A DNA stretch of 64,000 nucleotides, taken from NCBI GenBank assembly GCA_963676795.2, contig CAXXTB010000002.1, positions 128,001-192,000 of the forward strand, in the 5' to 3' direction. The notes under the pieces were generated by a model. It saw only the letters and a program-made list of their open reading frames with translations, made no database searches and was not told the origin of the DNA. The stretch comes from Geopsychrobacteraceae bacterium (GTDB taxonomy: Bacteria > Desulfobacterota > Desulfuromonadia > Desulfuromonadales > Geopsychrobacteraceae). This document shows, piece by piece, positions 19,942-30,611 of the stretch. The position numbers were made by a program, and so were the translations under genes. Position 1 is the stretch's first letter. Each line of letters opens with the position of its first letter.

Positions 19942-20364
19942 TCAGCGGCCCCAGAGCAGCCGGGTGAAAAAGCCGGTGAAGAGCCCCCAGATCAGGTTGC
20001 CGATAATGATGACGACAGGCGCGATGAGTCCGAGACTGGTGGCGGCAAGGCCGTTGTGCAGGATGTAGGGGTGGTAGTAGAACAGGGCGAAGAGGGAGGG
20101 CAGGATGGAGAACCACAACCCTTTGCGGACCCAGTGGCGCCGCTGGCGAGGGGTGCCGACGGTCAAGAAATAACCGATCGCCCAGATACCGCCAATGATC
20201 AGCTTGGGAGAGACTGCCGCGGTCGTCAGTGTCTGCCTGATATTGACGCCGATGAAGTTAAATACCCCCCATTCTGTACAGCCCCAGAAAAACACCAGAG
20301 AGACCAGGGTTCCCAGCATCCCGGCAACGATACAGACCGCAAACAAGGCACCGCTTTTAGGCAT
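19942..20364 (-). CDS. Hypothetical membrane protein (4 TM)
   Basis: Hydrophobic ORF, GGAGG RBS. Confidence 0.7.
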   Translation of the reverse strand: MPKSGALFAVCIVAGMLGTLVSLVFFWGCTEWGVFNFIGVNIRQTLTTAAVSPKLIIGGIWAIGYFLTVGTPRQRRHWVRKGLWFSILPSLFALFYYHPYILHNGLAATSLGLIAPVVIIIGNLIWGLFTGFFTRLLWGR

Positions 20365-20439
20365 GAATCCTCCCGCAAGGACAATCAAATCAGATTTTCA
20401 GAAAATATTGACACTCTTGTTGGTGCTATCCTTCTTCTG

Positions 20440-21249
20440 CTAGGTCAAACCTGTGTTCATGCTGCCACTGCGGTATCCTTGCAGATCGAGGGTCACATAG
20501 TCAAACTCATTTTTTTTAAAAAAAACAACAAGTTCTTCTCTTAACCCGGAATCGCTGAGAAGAGAGAATCCTGCCGGCTCAAGTTCGATGCGGGCAATCT
20601 GTTGATGATAGCGGACGCGGCACTGGCTGAACCCCCTGGTTCTTAGCCACTGTTCACAGCGGGCGATACGTTGCAGCAGGTCTGTATCGAGTGGAGTGCC
20701 GTAGGGAATTCTTGACGCCAGGCAGGCCAGAGCCGGTTTGTCCCAGGTCATAAGCTGCAGCACTCTGCTCAATTCCCGGATCTCCTGCTTGCTCAGTTCT
20801 GCCTCCAGGAGAGGGGACCGGATCTTGAGTTCATCAAGTGCCTTACGCCCCGGGCGATAATCCTGCAGGTCATCGAGGTTCGAGCCATCAGCGCTGACGG
20901 CAAACCCTTGCAGCTCCTGCTGCTCAACTATTTTACGGAAAAGGTGCTTTTTGCAGTGGTAGCAGCGGAGTGGACCATTACTGATCAGTTCCACGGGCTC
21001 CAGATCGTTCAATTGGATCTTGAGCTGAACGACGCCCAGCTGCCTGGCGAGTTGTTCGCTCTGGCTGACTTCCTCGGCGGGGAACAGTGGCGAGATGAGG
21101 GTGATGGCGACGACCTTGTCCCGGCCGAGGCAATCCCTGGCGGCTTTTAAGAGCAGGGTCGAATCGACTCCCCCGGAAAAAGCAACGGCCACGGAGCCGT
21201 AATTGATAAGCAGCTCCTGTAGCCGTTGGTATTTTTCGCTGAGTGACAT
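20440..21249 (-). CDS. larE: ATP-dependent sulfur insertase LarE family
   Basis: AFSGGVDS PP-loop, RCYHCK, DGSNLDDL.DYRPG, ACLASRIPYG, GYRSGSMN. Confidence 0.9.
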   Translation of the reverse strand: MSLSEKYQRLQELLINYGSVAVAFSGGVDSTLLLKAARDCLGRDKVVAITLISPLFPAEEVSQSEQLARQLGVVQLKIQLNDLEPVELISNGPLRCYHCKKHLFRKIVEQQELQGFAVSADGSNLDDLQDYRPGRKALDELKIRSPLLEAELSKQEIRELSRVLQLMTWDKPALACLASRIPYGTPLDTDLLQRIARCEQWLRTRGFSQCRVRYHQQIARIELEPAGFSLLSDSGLREELVVFFKKNEFDYVTLDLQGYRSGSMNTGLT

Positions 21250-21259
21250 CGTCAGAGAA

Positions 21260-21736
21260 TCAGATGAAATACATGAAACGATGGTCGAGCTCTTTTTCCA
21301 GCCCCATTTCCTGCCCCCTGTCACAGAGGTCTTTGAGGCTGATCGATGCAAAATATTTTCCCAGGATTTCGCTGCTTTCGGCCCAGATATGCTGAGTGAT
21401 GCATTGGTTGTCGAACTCGCAATGGGGAGGAGCTTCACTGTCCTTGCGGTGCCCTTTGACACAGTTAACGAGGAGCAGTTCTCCCTCGGCAGCGAGGACG
21501 ATTTCCTTGATATTGATCTGGTCTGCCGGACGGGCCAGGCTGTACCCGCCCTGTGGTCCGCGGCGGCTCTTCAGTAAGCCGGCTTTTTTAAGATCCTGGA
21601 AAATCTGTTCCAGATAACGGGGAGAAATGTTCTGACGTCTGGAAATATCTTTGATTTGTGCCGGCATTGTGCCAGCATGGTAGGCCATGTCGAACATGGC
21701 GCGAACGCCGTAACGGCTTTTAGTGGATAATTTCAT
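21260..21736 (-). CDS. Rrf2/IscR-like transcriptional regulator
   Basis: MKLSTKSRYG, YLEQ, RGPQGGY, C-x13-C-x5-C-x3-H. Confidence 0.9.
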   Translation of the reverse strand: MKLSTKSRYGVRAMFDMAYHAGTMPAQIKDISRRQNISPRYLEQIFQDLKKAGLLKSRRGPQGGYSLARPADQINIKEIVLAAEGELLLVNCVKGHRKDSEAPPHCEFDNQCITQHIWAESSEILGKYFASISLKDLCDRGQEMGLEKELDHRFMYFI

Positions 21737-21932
21737 TTTGAACTCCCTCTTGGTCGCATGATTTGTCACTATAAAAATCTCTAGTTATCCTGTCAAGAAT
21801 AATGCACTATTTTTAATGCGGTTTTTAGACTGCACTTATTCTTTATACGGAAACTGTTGTAATATTTTCTGGCAACCGCCAGTTATTGTAAACCATCTCT
21901 GTGAGATGGTGTTTTTCTGATTGGAGCTTTTT

Positions 21933-22343
21933 ATGCGGAGCTATCCGTTTTGTCTTGAACTCGAAGTCCGTGATTATGAATGTGATATGCAGGGGCATGT
22001 CAACAACGCGGTCTATCTGAATTATCTGGAGCATTGTCGCCATCAGTTCTTGAAGGCGCGGGGACTCGATTTTGCCGAAATCACCAAAAGCGGTCTGAAT
22101 CTGGTGGTGGTGAGGGCCGAGGTCGACTATAAACGCTCACTTAAGAGCGGTGAGCGTTTTGTCATCGGTTTGAGAATGGAGCGTGTGTCGCGGCTGCGTT
22201 TTCAGTTTATCCAGGAGATTTTCCTTCTGCCGGAAAAAAGGACCGCGTTGAAGGCAACCATCCTCTGCAGTGGTGTCAACAGTATGGGGCGTCCTGAACT
22301 GCCGAAGGAGATCCTTGAGGCGCTAGAATCTCCGGGAGCATAA
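21933..22343 (+). CDS. Acyl-CoA thioesterase (YbgC/FadM-like)
   Basis: VRDYECD.QGHVNNAVYLNYLE. Confidence 0.88.
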   Translation: MRSYPFCLELEVRDYECDMQGHVNNAVYLNYLEHCRHQFLKARGLDFAEITKSGLNLVVVRAEVDYKRSLKSGERFVIGLRMERVSRLRFQFIQEIFLLPEKRTALKATILCSGVNSMGRPELPKEILEALESPGA

Positions 22344-23168
22344 TCACTCGACGAGACGAATGCCGTCATCCTCCAGTTTGAGTTTACCTTCCTTGTAGAG
22401 TCCGCCGATCGCTTTTTTGAACTGCTTTTTGCTCATACCGAGCCGGTCCCGAATCAGTTCAGGGGAGCTCTGGTCGTTCAGGGGAAGATATTTCTGGGTC
22501 TGCAAAATAGCGAGCAGGTTGTCCTTGGCGTCTTCGACGCCCGAACGGCCGGGGCGGCTGAGTCCGACATCGATTCTCCGGTCGGGGCGAATCCGTACGA
22601 CATAGCCGTTGATCCTGTCTCCCGCCTTAAGCCCCGGCGGGATATCGGACTGGTAGAGGACGGCTTCGTAATAGTTGTTGACGATCATCTTGGCACCCAG
22701 GTCGGTGTAGGCCCAGAGCAGCATTTCGACCTGCTCCCCTTCTTCGAGATCCTCGTTCTCTTTACTTAGAAACTGGTCGAGTTTGCTTGAGGCGATCGGT
22801 CGCTGTTGCGAGTCATGGCAGATTCTGACCAGATAGCGGCGCCCTTCCAGCATCCTTTTGTACTGTTCGGCAAAGGGGCAGAGCAGGTCCTTGGCCACGC
22901 CCCAGTCGAGGAAGGCTCCGTGTTCGCCGACGCTCTGTACCTTGAGCATGGCGAATTCATCCATCTGAGCATAGGGCATGCGGGTTGTCGCCGTCTGCTG
23001 GCCGTTGCGGTCAAGATAGATAAAGACCTCGATTTCGCCCCCCGGAACCATGCTGCCGACGCATTCCCGGTGCGGAAGCAGAACCTCTGACTCGAGGTCC
23101 CTGAGCCAGGCCCCTTTGGGATCAATGCGGTCAATTGTCAGTGTGTAGCGATAGCCGGGAATAATCAT
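22344..23168 (-). CDS. CvfB-family S1 RNA-binding protein
   Basis: GAFLDWG..KDL, TDLG, SSPE.I...GMSKK.FKKAIGGLYK. Confidence 0.9.
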   Translation of the reverse strand: MIIPGYRYTLTIDRIDPKGAWLRDLESEVLLPHRECVGSMVPGGEIEVFIYLDRNGQQTATTRMPYAQMDEFAMLKVQSVGEHGAFLDWGVAKDLLCPFAEQYKRMLEGRRYLVRICHDSQQRPIASSKLDQFLSKENEDLEEGEQVEMLLWAYTDLGAKMIVNNYYEAVLYQSDIPPGLKAGDRINGYVVRIRPDRRIDVGLSRPGRSGVEDAKDNLLAILQTQKYLPLNDQSSPELIRDRLGMSKKQFKKAIGGLYKEGKLKLEDDGIRLVE

Positions 23169-23502
23169 TCGTCGTGTCCTTAAGTCAGGATGTTCGATTG
23201 TGCCAGATAGCGGATATTTGGCGAAATTAAACAGTCATTTTCTGTTTGTCTCTGGCCTCATAAAACGCCAGTTGAGGCCGTTCGTCAAGCCCCGCTTCCG
23301 ATCTTCCGTCGGTCTGTCATGTTTTGCAGTTCGGGACAGGAAGAAAACGGTTTGAGAGGTTGGGGCCTGCTGGTGTGGGAGGTTTTGACGAATAGTGAAA
23401 AACTCGACTGGAAAAAGCAAGAAAATAAACTTTGGCCAACTTTCAGCTCGACCTTTTTCGAATATGGCCTCTTAAAAATGCAGTTGATTTTATCTGACAG
23501 TG

Positions 23503-23523
23503 AAGTGATAATGATTTTCACTT
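23503..23523. promoter_or_regulatory. Fur box
   Basis: AAG-TGATAAT-G-ATTTTCA-CTT, near-consensus palindrome 18 bp upstream of the next start. Confidence 0.75.
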
Positions 23524-23541
23524 ACAGAAACAGGTGCACAT

Positions 23542-24216
23542 ATGAAGACTGCATATAATCGCTGGTGTGGAAAACCTCCAGCTACATGTCCCGGAGCTGA
23601 TCGCGAATTGACCTGGGTTGATATGGTCGGCTTCTATCCCGCTGAATCTGAATGCCTTGGCGCCTTTCTGGTCAGTTCTGCCGCAGAGGTGCTGGCCGGA
23701 GTCAAGCCGGCGAACCTGGTCAGTGTGCCGAAGCGCAGGCTCAGGTGCGGACGTTCGATCTATGCACTTTGGTTGAAATATGCCTCTGAACTTCTGAGGC
23801 AATCCCGCCTTGAAGCGATTGTCCTGCGGGAACGGGATGAAGTGCTGCTGGTGCTGCTCTATCGTCGCGATCTGCTCGAACAGCGCATGCGCAGCCGGTC
23901 GATGCGGGCTTTTCTGCAGCGCAGGGACTACCCTCAGGCCACTGATCTCGATGCCTGTCTGCAGCGGCTCAAGCAGGAATTTGAAAAGCAGGCCTCGCCG
24001 AACGAGGTCGGCATGTTTCTTGGCTACCCGCTTAAGGATGTGAACGGATTTATTGACCGGCGTGAAAACTGCTGGCAGGGACGTTGTTTGTGGAAGATCT
24101 ATGGCCCGCCCCGACGCAGTCTGGTACTTTACCTTCGCTACCGCCAGTCGCGCCAGTCTCTGCAGAACAGGTTGATTGAAGGAGAGTTGCCTTCGCGTTT
24201 ACTCAAAGCAGCCTGA
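23542..24216 (+). CDS. DUF3793 family protein
   Basis: VLAGVKPANL, LLYR..L, PNEVGMFLGYPLKDV.GF, WKIYG. Confidence 0.8.
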   Translation: MKTAYNRWCGKPPATCPGADRELTWVDMVGFYPAESECLGAFLVSSAAEVLAGVKPANLVSVPKRRLRCGRSIYALWLKYASELLRQSRLEAIVLRERDEVLLVLLYRRDLLEQRMRSRSMRAFLQRRDYPQATDLDACLQRLKQEFEKQASPNEVGMFLGYPLKDVNGFIDRRENCWQGRCLWKIYGPPRRSLVLYLRYRQSRQSLQNRLIEGELPSRLLKAA

Positions 24217-24262
24217 GGCTGCCCCGCTATGGGGGCAGCCTCAGATAGTTGCATGGCGACTG

Positions 24263-24985
24263 TCAGTCGTCAGCGAGACTGATTTTCCACTCTTTCCAGA
24301 CATTGCCAACCAGGTCGAAGCCCGGCTTCAGGGTTGGTTTGCCCGGTTTCCAGCCTGATGGTGTTGCTTGGGCTCCTTTGGTTTCCCTGACCAGTTGGAA
24401 GGCCTGAATCTGGCGCAGGGTTTCGTTGACATTGCGACCGACCGGTGGGGTCAGGACTTCATAGGCCTGTATAATTCCATCGGGGTCAATGAGGAAACGG
24501 CCGCGATTCTCTACATTGGCCACATCATCGTAGACCCCGTAGAGCTTGCCGATAGCGCCGCCGGCATCTGAGAGCATCGGGAAAGGCACGCCGCCTTCAA
24601 CCATCTTGCTCAGTTCGTTGTCGTTCCAGATCTTGTGGGTGAACATGCTGTCGATACTGATTGAGAGCAGTTCGACACCGAGTTTTTGAAATTCAGGGTA
24701 TTTCCCGGCAACTGCCGAGATTTCGGTTGCTCAGACAAAGGTGAAATCACCTGGATAGAAGCAGACGACCCTCCATTTTCCTGCATAGTCGGAAAGTTTC
24801 ACTTCTGGAAGAAATTTGTCCCTGTGATAGCCCGGAGCACTGAAGTCCGGTGCCGGTTGTCCAACCTGAATCATTTTGACCTCCTTGATCTGAACAGCGG
24901 AATTGTCCCGGGTCTCCGCCGGTTCAGGGGCGATGGCTTTCGCCGCCGCCGGCCTGACACAGCCGACCCCTTGTTCATCGCTCAT
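24263..24985 (-). CDS. prxU: Selenocysteine-containing peroxiredoxin (240 aa, UGA read-through)
   Basis: The two ORF-track pieces are in frame across one TGA (24731-24733): FYPGDFTFV-U-ATEI, at the peroxidatic Cys position; SECIS-like hairpin follows. Confidence 0.92.
24703..24720 (-). promoter_or_regulatory. Bacterial SECIS hairpin
   Basis: UCUCGGC-AGUU-GCCGGGA; apical loop 17 nt after UGA, G at loop position 2. Confidence 0.75.
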
Positions 24986-25051
24986 AGCTCCTCCTTAAGG
25001 TGAGGTTGACGAACTATAATTCTACTGTTATTTTTGAGAAAATCAATATGC

Positions 25052-26716
25052 TTATGGTTGGCGATCGGTTAAGTCGATGGCCTTGCGCCGGTAATAGTTG
25101 ATCAGGCCATTGGTCGAACTGTCATGGCTTGTGACCTCTGTCCCCTGAGTCAGTTCCGGCAGGATCCTCTTGGCCAGCTGCTTGCCCAGTTCTACCCCCC
25201 ACTGATCGAAGGAATTCAGGTTCCAGATTGCACCCTGGGTGAATATCTTGTGTTCGTAAAGGGCGATCAGCGATCCGAGGGTGCGCGGCGTCAGTTGATC
25301 GAACATGAACGAACTGCTCGGGCGGTTGCCGCTGAAGATCTTGTGAGGTAGCAATTGTTCGATCCGCTTCGGGGGTAGTCCTTCCTGATCCATTTCAGCC
25401 CGGGCTTCGGCGGCATTCTTCCCCTTCATCAGGGCTTCCGGCTGGGCAAAGAAGTTGGAGAGCAGCAGCTGGTGATGATTCCCCAGCGGGTTGAGGCTAC
25501 GGACCGGGGCCAGGAAATCGCAGGGGATCAGCTTATCCCCCTGGTGGATCAGCTGATAGAAAGCGTGCTGGCCGTTGGTCCCCGGCTCCCCCCAGATGAT
25601 CGGGCCGGTCGCATAGTCGACGGGCTGGCCATCGATGGTCACCGATTTGCCGTTGCTCTCCATATCACCCTGCTGAAAATAGGCGGGGAAGCGATGCAGC
25701 GACTGGTCATAGGGGAGGATGGCGTGAGACTGGGCACTATAGAAGTTATTGTACCAGATGCCGAGCAGGGCCATGATGACCGGGATGTTCTGTTTAAAGG
25801 GGGTTTCTGCAAAATGCTTGTCGGTCCGGTGAGCGCCACAGAGCAGTTCTTCGAAATTATCCATGCCGACATAGAGCGCGATCGACAGGCCGATTGCCGA
25901 CCAGAGCGAATAGCGTCCGCCGACCCAGTCCCAGAATTCAAACATATTGTCCGGGTCGATGCCGAACTCGACGACCTTGTCACGGTTGGTCGAAATCGCC
26001 ACGAAGTGGCTGGCGATGGCTGCCTGATCCGTCAGTTTTTCCAGCAGCCAGTTGCGTGCCGAATGGGCGTTGGCCATGGTTTCCTGAGTTGTGAAGGTCT
26101 TTGAGGCGATCAGGAACAGGGTCGTTTCCGGGGCAAGTTCACGCAGGCTGTTGGCCAGGTGAGTGCCATCGACGTTGGAGACAAAATGAACGCGCAGGCG
26201 GGGGTGGGCATAGGGTTTAAGCGCTTCGCAGACCATCAGCGGGCCGAGATCCGAGCCGCCGATGCCGATGTTGACGATATCGGTGATCTCACGGTCTGTT
26301 GCGCCGCGCCAGAAGCCGTTACGAACCCGTTCCGAAAAGTTGCGCATCTGGGCAAGAACCTGATTGATTGCGGGCATGACGTCCTGTTCTTCAACGTAAA
26401 CCGGGGTGTTGCTGCGGTTGCGCAGGGCCGTATGAAGTACGGCCCGCTGTTCAGTCCGGTTGATCTTTTCGCCAGAGAACATTGCTGCAATCTTATTCTT
26501 AAGGTCACATTCTTCGGCAAGGGCTGTCAGCAGCCCAATCGTTTCAGCGTTGATGCGATGCTTTGAATAGTCGAAAAGGATATCGTCCAGAGCTATGGAG
26601 AACTGTTCGAATCTCTTCGGGTTGTCTGTGAAGAGATCGCGCATCTGCAGCCCCTCGGTCTGCTTGTAATGGTCAACAAGCTTTTTCCAGGTTTTCATCT
26701 CGGTCAGTGCGGACAT
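25052..26716 (-). CDS. pgi: Glucose-6-phosphate isomerase
   Basis: [45 protein letters not shown]. Confidence 0.97.
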   Translation of the reverse strand: MSALTEMKTWKKLVDHYKQTEGLQMRDLFTDNPKRFEQFSIALDDILFDYSKHRINAETIGLLTALAEECDLKNKIAAMFSGEKINRTEQRAVLHTALRNRSNTPVYVEEQDVMPAINQVLAQMRNFSERVRNGFWRGATDREITDIVNIGIGGSDLGPLMVCEALKPYAHPRLRVHFVSNVDGTHLANSLRELAPETTLFLIASKTFTTQETMANAHSARNWLLEKLTDQAAIASHFVAISTNRDKVVEFGIDPDNMFEFWDWVGGRYSLWSAIGLSIALYVGMDNFEELLCGAHRTDKHFAETPFKQNIPVIMALLGIWYNNFYSAQSHAILPYDQSLHRFPAYFQQGDMESNGKSVTIDGQPVDYATGPIIWGEPGTNGQHAFYQLIHQGDKLIPCDFLAPVRSLNPLGNHHQLLLSNFFAQPEALMKGKNAAEARAEMDQEGLPPKRIEQLLPHKIFSGNRPSSSFMFDQLTPRTLGSLIALYEHKIFTQGAIWNLNSFDQWGVELGKQLAKRILPELTQGTEVTSHDSSTNGLINYYRRKAIDLTDRQP

Positions 26717-27031
26717 CGGTTTCCCCTTCATGTTGTCGTGGCTATGTCTGCATAAGAATAGCAGAAACTTCGGGTTGTCAGCTCGAACAGGGTATTTTTA
26801 CCACCAGTATGATTTCGCTCTTTCAATAATGCGGGAAGTGAAAAGTGCCTGCAAGAATTTAACGAAAAATCATGAACCCCTTTAAAAGAGAGGTGTCTGG
26901 TGCCTTTGACGGCCGGTGATTGATTCTAAGTGGCTGATTCTCTGTTGAAAAGTTGCCACTTGATGTTGAAAGTCGGAGGGAAAATGGCATTATATAATAT
27001 GAGCTCAACAAAATGGAAAGGAGTTTGCGTT

Positions 27032-27238
27032 ATGGAGTATGTCAAGCCAAGTGTGAAGATCAGTGTGATTTATAAGAACGGGGTCAAGGACCGGATCAGC
27101 CCGGCGTTGCTGGATGCCCTGCTCGATGCTGAACAGGTTGATCGATTTCAACGCGCGGATGGATGGGTCAAGGTCGGAGCTGACCCGTTACGTGGTCTGG
27201 GAGGTCATTACGCTGGCGCAGAAAGGCGCAGGTTCTAG
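27032..27238 (+). CDS. GSU3473-type small protein
   Basis: V.Y.NG..D...LD.L......F.R.DGWV.VG.DP.R....Y.G.ERR; AAGGAG RBS. Confidence 0.75.
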   Translation: MEYVKPSVKISVIYKNGVKDRISPALLDALLDAEQVDRFQRADGWVKVGADPLRGLGGHYAGAERRRF

Positions 27239-27258
27239 TTGACTGCTGTCAGCTCAAA

Positions 27259-27405
27259 CTACCAGTGAGCACCCGGGCGGGTAATAGGATGCTGATATTT
27301 CTCCTTGTTGTTCACTTTTGAGCCGAGGTAGAAGACGCCCAGTACAATAGCAACCAGCACACAGATGCCGATAATGAGTTTGATGATGTCCTTGCTCATA
27401 TCCAT
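27259..27405 (-). CDS. Small single-TM protein (48 aa; missed by ORF track)
   Basis: MDMSKDIIKLIIGICVLVAIVLGVFYLGSKVNNKEKYQHPITRPGAHW; GGGGA RBS. Confidence 0.6.
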   Translation of the reverse strand: MDMSKDIIKLIIGICVLVAIVLGVFYLGSKVNNKEKYQHPITRPGAHW

Positions 27406-27493
27406 ATTTCTTCCCCGCGATTAACGTTAATAGTCCTCTCGTCGGGTTTTGTCTGGCAATTCTTTAGTTTTTTTTAAAGAAATCAGAATGTGG

Positions 27494-27521
27494 AATGGCC
27501 CCGACAGTGAACGGGGCCATT
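27494..27521. terminator. Terminator-like hairpin downstream of asd
   Basis: AATGGCCCCG...CGGGGCCATT. Confidence 0.55.
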
Positions 27522-27533
27522 CCATTGGTCGAA

Positions 27534-28640
27534 CTATTTTTCCAGCAGGATACGCAGCATGCGGCGCAGTGGTTCCGCCGCTCCCCAGAGCAGCTGATCA
27601 CCACAGGTGAAGACCGACAGGTACTCCGGACCCAGTTTCATTTTACGGACCCGGCCGACCGGAACAGTCAGGGTTCCGGAAATTGCCGCCGGAGTCAGAT
27701 TGGCCAGGGTCGCCTCTTTGTTGTTCGGCACCAGTTTGACCCAGTCGTTCGCGCCGGCGATCAGGCTTTCGATTTCACTCAATGGAATGTCTTTCTTCAG
27801 TTTGACGGTCAGCGCCTGGCTGTGGCAGCGCATGGCGCCAACGCGGACGCAGGTGCCGTCAACCGGGATCGCCGAGTCTTCACCGAGGATCTTGTTGGTT
27901 TCGACCATCCCTTTCCATTCTTCACGGCTCTGGCCGTCTTCCACTTCCTTATCGATCCAGGGCAGGACGCTGCCGGCCAGTGGGAAGCCGAAGGCCGCGG
28001 TGGTCAGCTCGGAACCACGCATGGTTTCGGTGACCTTGCGGTCGATGTCAAGAATCGCCGAACCGGGATCGGCCAGCTCATCGGCGACCGCGTCACGCAG
28101 TTCGCCCATCTGGGTGAGTAGCTCGCGCATGTTCGGAGCGCCGGCCCCGGAAGCGGCCTGGTAGGTCATAGAGGTGACCCACTCGACCAGATCGGCCTTG
28201 AACAGACCGCCAATCGCCATCAGCATCAGGCTGACGGTACAGTTGCCGCCGATAAAGTCCCTGCCGCCGTTATTCAGCGAATCGTCGATAACGTTGCGAT
28301 TGATCGGGTCGAGGATGAGAACAGCATTGTCTTTCATGCGCAGTGTTGATGCCGCATCGATCCAGTAGCCCTGCCAGCCGCCGGCACGCAGTTGCGGGTG
28401 AATCTCGGTGGTATAGTCGCCCCCCTGGCAGGTGATGATGACATCCTGCTCGGCAAGTTTGGTAAGATCTTTGGCATCTTCGAGGGTGCCACCACCCTGA
28501 CCGAACTCAGGTGCAGGTTGTCCTGCCTGTGAGGTTGAGAAGAAAGTTGCGTCGACACCGACGAGATCCTGTTCTTCTACCATGCGTTGCATCAGCACGG
28601 AACCGACCATGCCGCGCCAACCGACTAAACCGACTTTCAT
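27534..28640 (-). CDS. asd: Aspartate-semialdehyde dehydrogenase
   Basis: [41 protein letters not shown]. Confidence 0.97.
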   Translation of the reverse strand: MKVGLVGWRGMVGSVLMQRMVEEQDLVGVDATFFSTSQAGQPAPEFGQGGGTLEDAKDLTKLAEQDVIITCQGGDYTTEIHPQLRAGGWQGYWIDAASTLRMKDNAVLILDPINRNVIDDSLNNGGRDFIGGNCTVSLMLMAIGGLFKADLVEWVTSMTYQAASGAGAPNMRELLTQMGELRDAVADELADPGSAILDIDRKVTETMRGSELTTAAFGFPLAGSVLPWIDKEVEDGQSREEWKGMVETNKILGEDSAIPVDGTCVRVGAMRCHSQALTVKLKKDIPLSEIESLIAGANDWVKLVPNNKEATLANLTPAAISGTLTVPVGRVRKMKLGPEYLSVFTCGDQLLWGAAEPLRRMLRILLEK

Positions 28641-28794
28641 AGCGTGCTCCATCTTATCATCAGGAAAAGTGCGAAAAAATAATCAGCTAGATGCATATGA
28701 GCGCATCAAGTTTGGCGAAAAAGCATATCAGCAATCGTTATAAAGTGATATGTTTTTTTCAGTACTTTTAACCTCATCATTGGCGGTTTGACGA

Positions 28795-29625
28795 ATGTCC
28801 AAATACGAAGAAAATCTGTTGTTAGGCAAGACCACTGAATATAAGTCGGAATATGATCCGGGCCTGCTCTGCCCCTTTCCCCGCCAAGTGAAGCGGGACG
28901 TGATCGGGGTGACCGGCGAATTGCCTTTTTCCGGCTATGATATCTGGAATGCTTACGAGATCTCCTGGCTCAACAACAAGGGGAAACCTCTGGTGGCCAT
29001 GGCTGAGTTCCATATTCCCTGTACCACCCCCAACCTGATCGAATCGAAATCGTTCAAGCTCTATCTTAATTCTTTCAATCAGACCCGCTGCGCCGACAGC
29101 CGGGAGGTTACCGAGATCATGAGCCGGGATTTAAGCCGGGTGGCCGGCGGCGAGGTGCTGGTCAGGCTGATTCCGAGTGAGGACTTTGCCGCGGAAACAA
29201 TCTGTTCTCTGCCGGGTGACTGTATCGATGACCTTGACCTCGAGCTTGACAACTATGCCCTCGACCCCGGCTTGCTGGAAAATGCAGCTGATGCCGATCA
29301 GCAGGTGACGGAAGAGCTGCACAGCCATCTGCTCAAGAGCAACTGCCTGGTGACCAATCAGCCCGATTGGGGGAGTGTGCTGGTCCGTTATCAGGGAGGG
29401 CGGATAGGCCGCGAAGCACTGCTGCGCTACCTGATCTCCTTTCGTGAACACAATGAATTCCATGAACAGTGTGTCGAGCGGATTTTTGTCGATCTGATGC
29501 GTTTCTGTCAGCCGGAAAAGCTCACCGTCTATGCGCGCTACACGCGGCGCGGTGGCCTTGACATCAATCCGTTCAGGTCGAACTTTGAGACCCGGATCGA
29601 GAATCTGCGCCTCGCCCGGCAGTAG
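28795..29625 (+). CDS. queF: NADPH-dependent 7-cyano-7-deazaguanine reductase (bimodular)
   Basis: [43 protein letters not shown]. Confidence 0.95.
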   Translation: MSKYEENLLLGKTTEYKSEYDPGLLCPFPRQVKRDVIGVTGELPFSGYDIWNAYEISWLNNKGKPLVAMAEFHIPCTTPNLIESKSFKLYLNSFNQTRCADSREVTEIMSRDLSRVAGGEVLVRLIPSEDFAAETICSLPGDCIDDLDLELDNYALDPGLLENAADADQQVTEELHSHLLKSNCLVTNQPDWGSVLVRYQGGRIGREALLRYLISFREHNEFHEQCVERIFVDLMRFCQPEKLTVYARYTRRGGLDINPFRSNFETRIENLRLARQ

Positions 29626-29741
29626 GTTTTTTGCACAGCTGTGCGCCTTTTCTGCAACAGAAAATATTAATGTGTCTGATTCATTAAGTAGAGATTTTTC
29701 TTGTTTGGGGAAAAACAGATGGTTAGCTTTTCCTGATTGGA

Positions 29742-29757
29742 TGGCATGGGATTTGTA
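29742..29757 (+). promoter_or_regulatory. Putative sigma54 promoter
   Basis: TGGCAT-N5-TTGTA (GG-N10-GT). Confidence 0.4.
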
Positions 29758-29819
29758 TTGAGATTGAAGTGTTAAAACCAAAATGCAAATTCTGTAGCAC
29801 CATGGAAAAGGCTGACAAA

Positions 29820-30422
29820 ATGAAAAGATCGATTATCCCTCTGTTGCTGGTGGGGCTCTACCTGTTGCTGGCCACACCGGCATGGAGCGAACTCTACTAC
29901 GCTGGCAGCCTGGGCAGTTCTTCCGTTGAAGATGCCTTCAGCGATGACGGCATCGATTCGGGGGTCTTCAGTTTCGAGGATGGCTATGCGGTGACCGGAG
30001 CGGTGGGGTATACCCTGGGGCAGGCCAGGTCGCGCATCGAACTCGAAGCCGGTTATCGTTCCAACGATCTCAATTCAATGACAATCTACGGTGATGGCCG
30101 TTACCTGGTCGATGGCCGGGTTGAAGCGCTGTCTCTGATGGGCAACGGATTTGTTGACCTGGCCCCGGGCCGGACCTTCTCCCCTTATATCGGCGTCGGC
30201 GTCGGGGTGGCCAACCTGGAAGCGGACATCGATGGGCTGGGGAGTGCAGATGATACGGTTTTTGCCTGGCAGCTGGCGATCGGTTGGGATTTTTCAGTAA
30301 ATGAATCACTCGATTTCAACGTCGAGTATCGCTATTTCGCGACTGAAGATCCGGATTTCAACGGGCTTAAAATGGATTACGAGACACATAACCTGTTTGT
30401 CGGCTTGCGCCTGTCCTTCTGA
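29820..30422 (+). CDS. Outer-membrane beta-barrel (OmpA/opacity-like) protein
   Basis: Signal peptide, RIELE.GY, PYIGVGVG, FAWQ, EYRY, C-terminal F. Confidence 0.85.
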   Translation: MKRSIIPLLLVGLYLLLATPAWSELYYAGSLGSSSVEDAFSDDGIDSGVFSFEDGYAVTGAVGYTLGQARSRIELEAGYRSNDLNSMTIYGDGRYLVDGRVEALSLMGNGFVDLAPGRTFSPYIGVGVGVANLEADIDGLGSADDTVFAWQLAIGWDFSVNESLDFNVEYRYFATEDPDFNGLKMDYETHNLFVGLRLSF

Positions 30423-30611
30423 TCCGCGTATTCTCATACTGAAAAAAATACTTTATGGCACCAGATTGCTGACGAAGTCAGCTTCTGCATCAATCATCAT
30501 GCGGTTCTGCCCGTTGATGAGCGCAGCTCATCTTGGGGCGCGGGCCGTTTCGCTGGTTTGGGCCGTAAGGAGAAGTCACAAGCGGTTTAGGTCGTTATGA
30601 AAAGTTTCCTT

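Noticed and set aside
30456..30469. TGGCAC...TTGC sigma54-like site before repeat copy 2
   Set aside because: GG-GC spacing is 9, not the required 10
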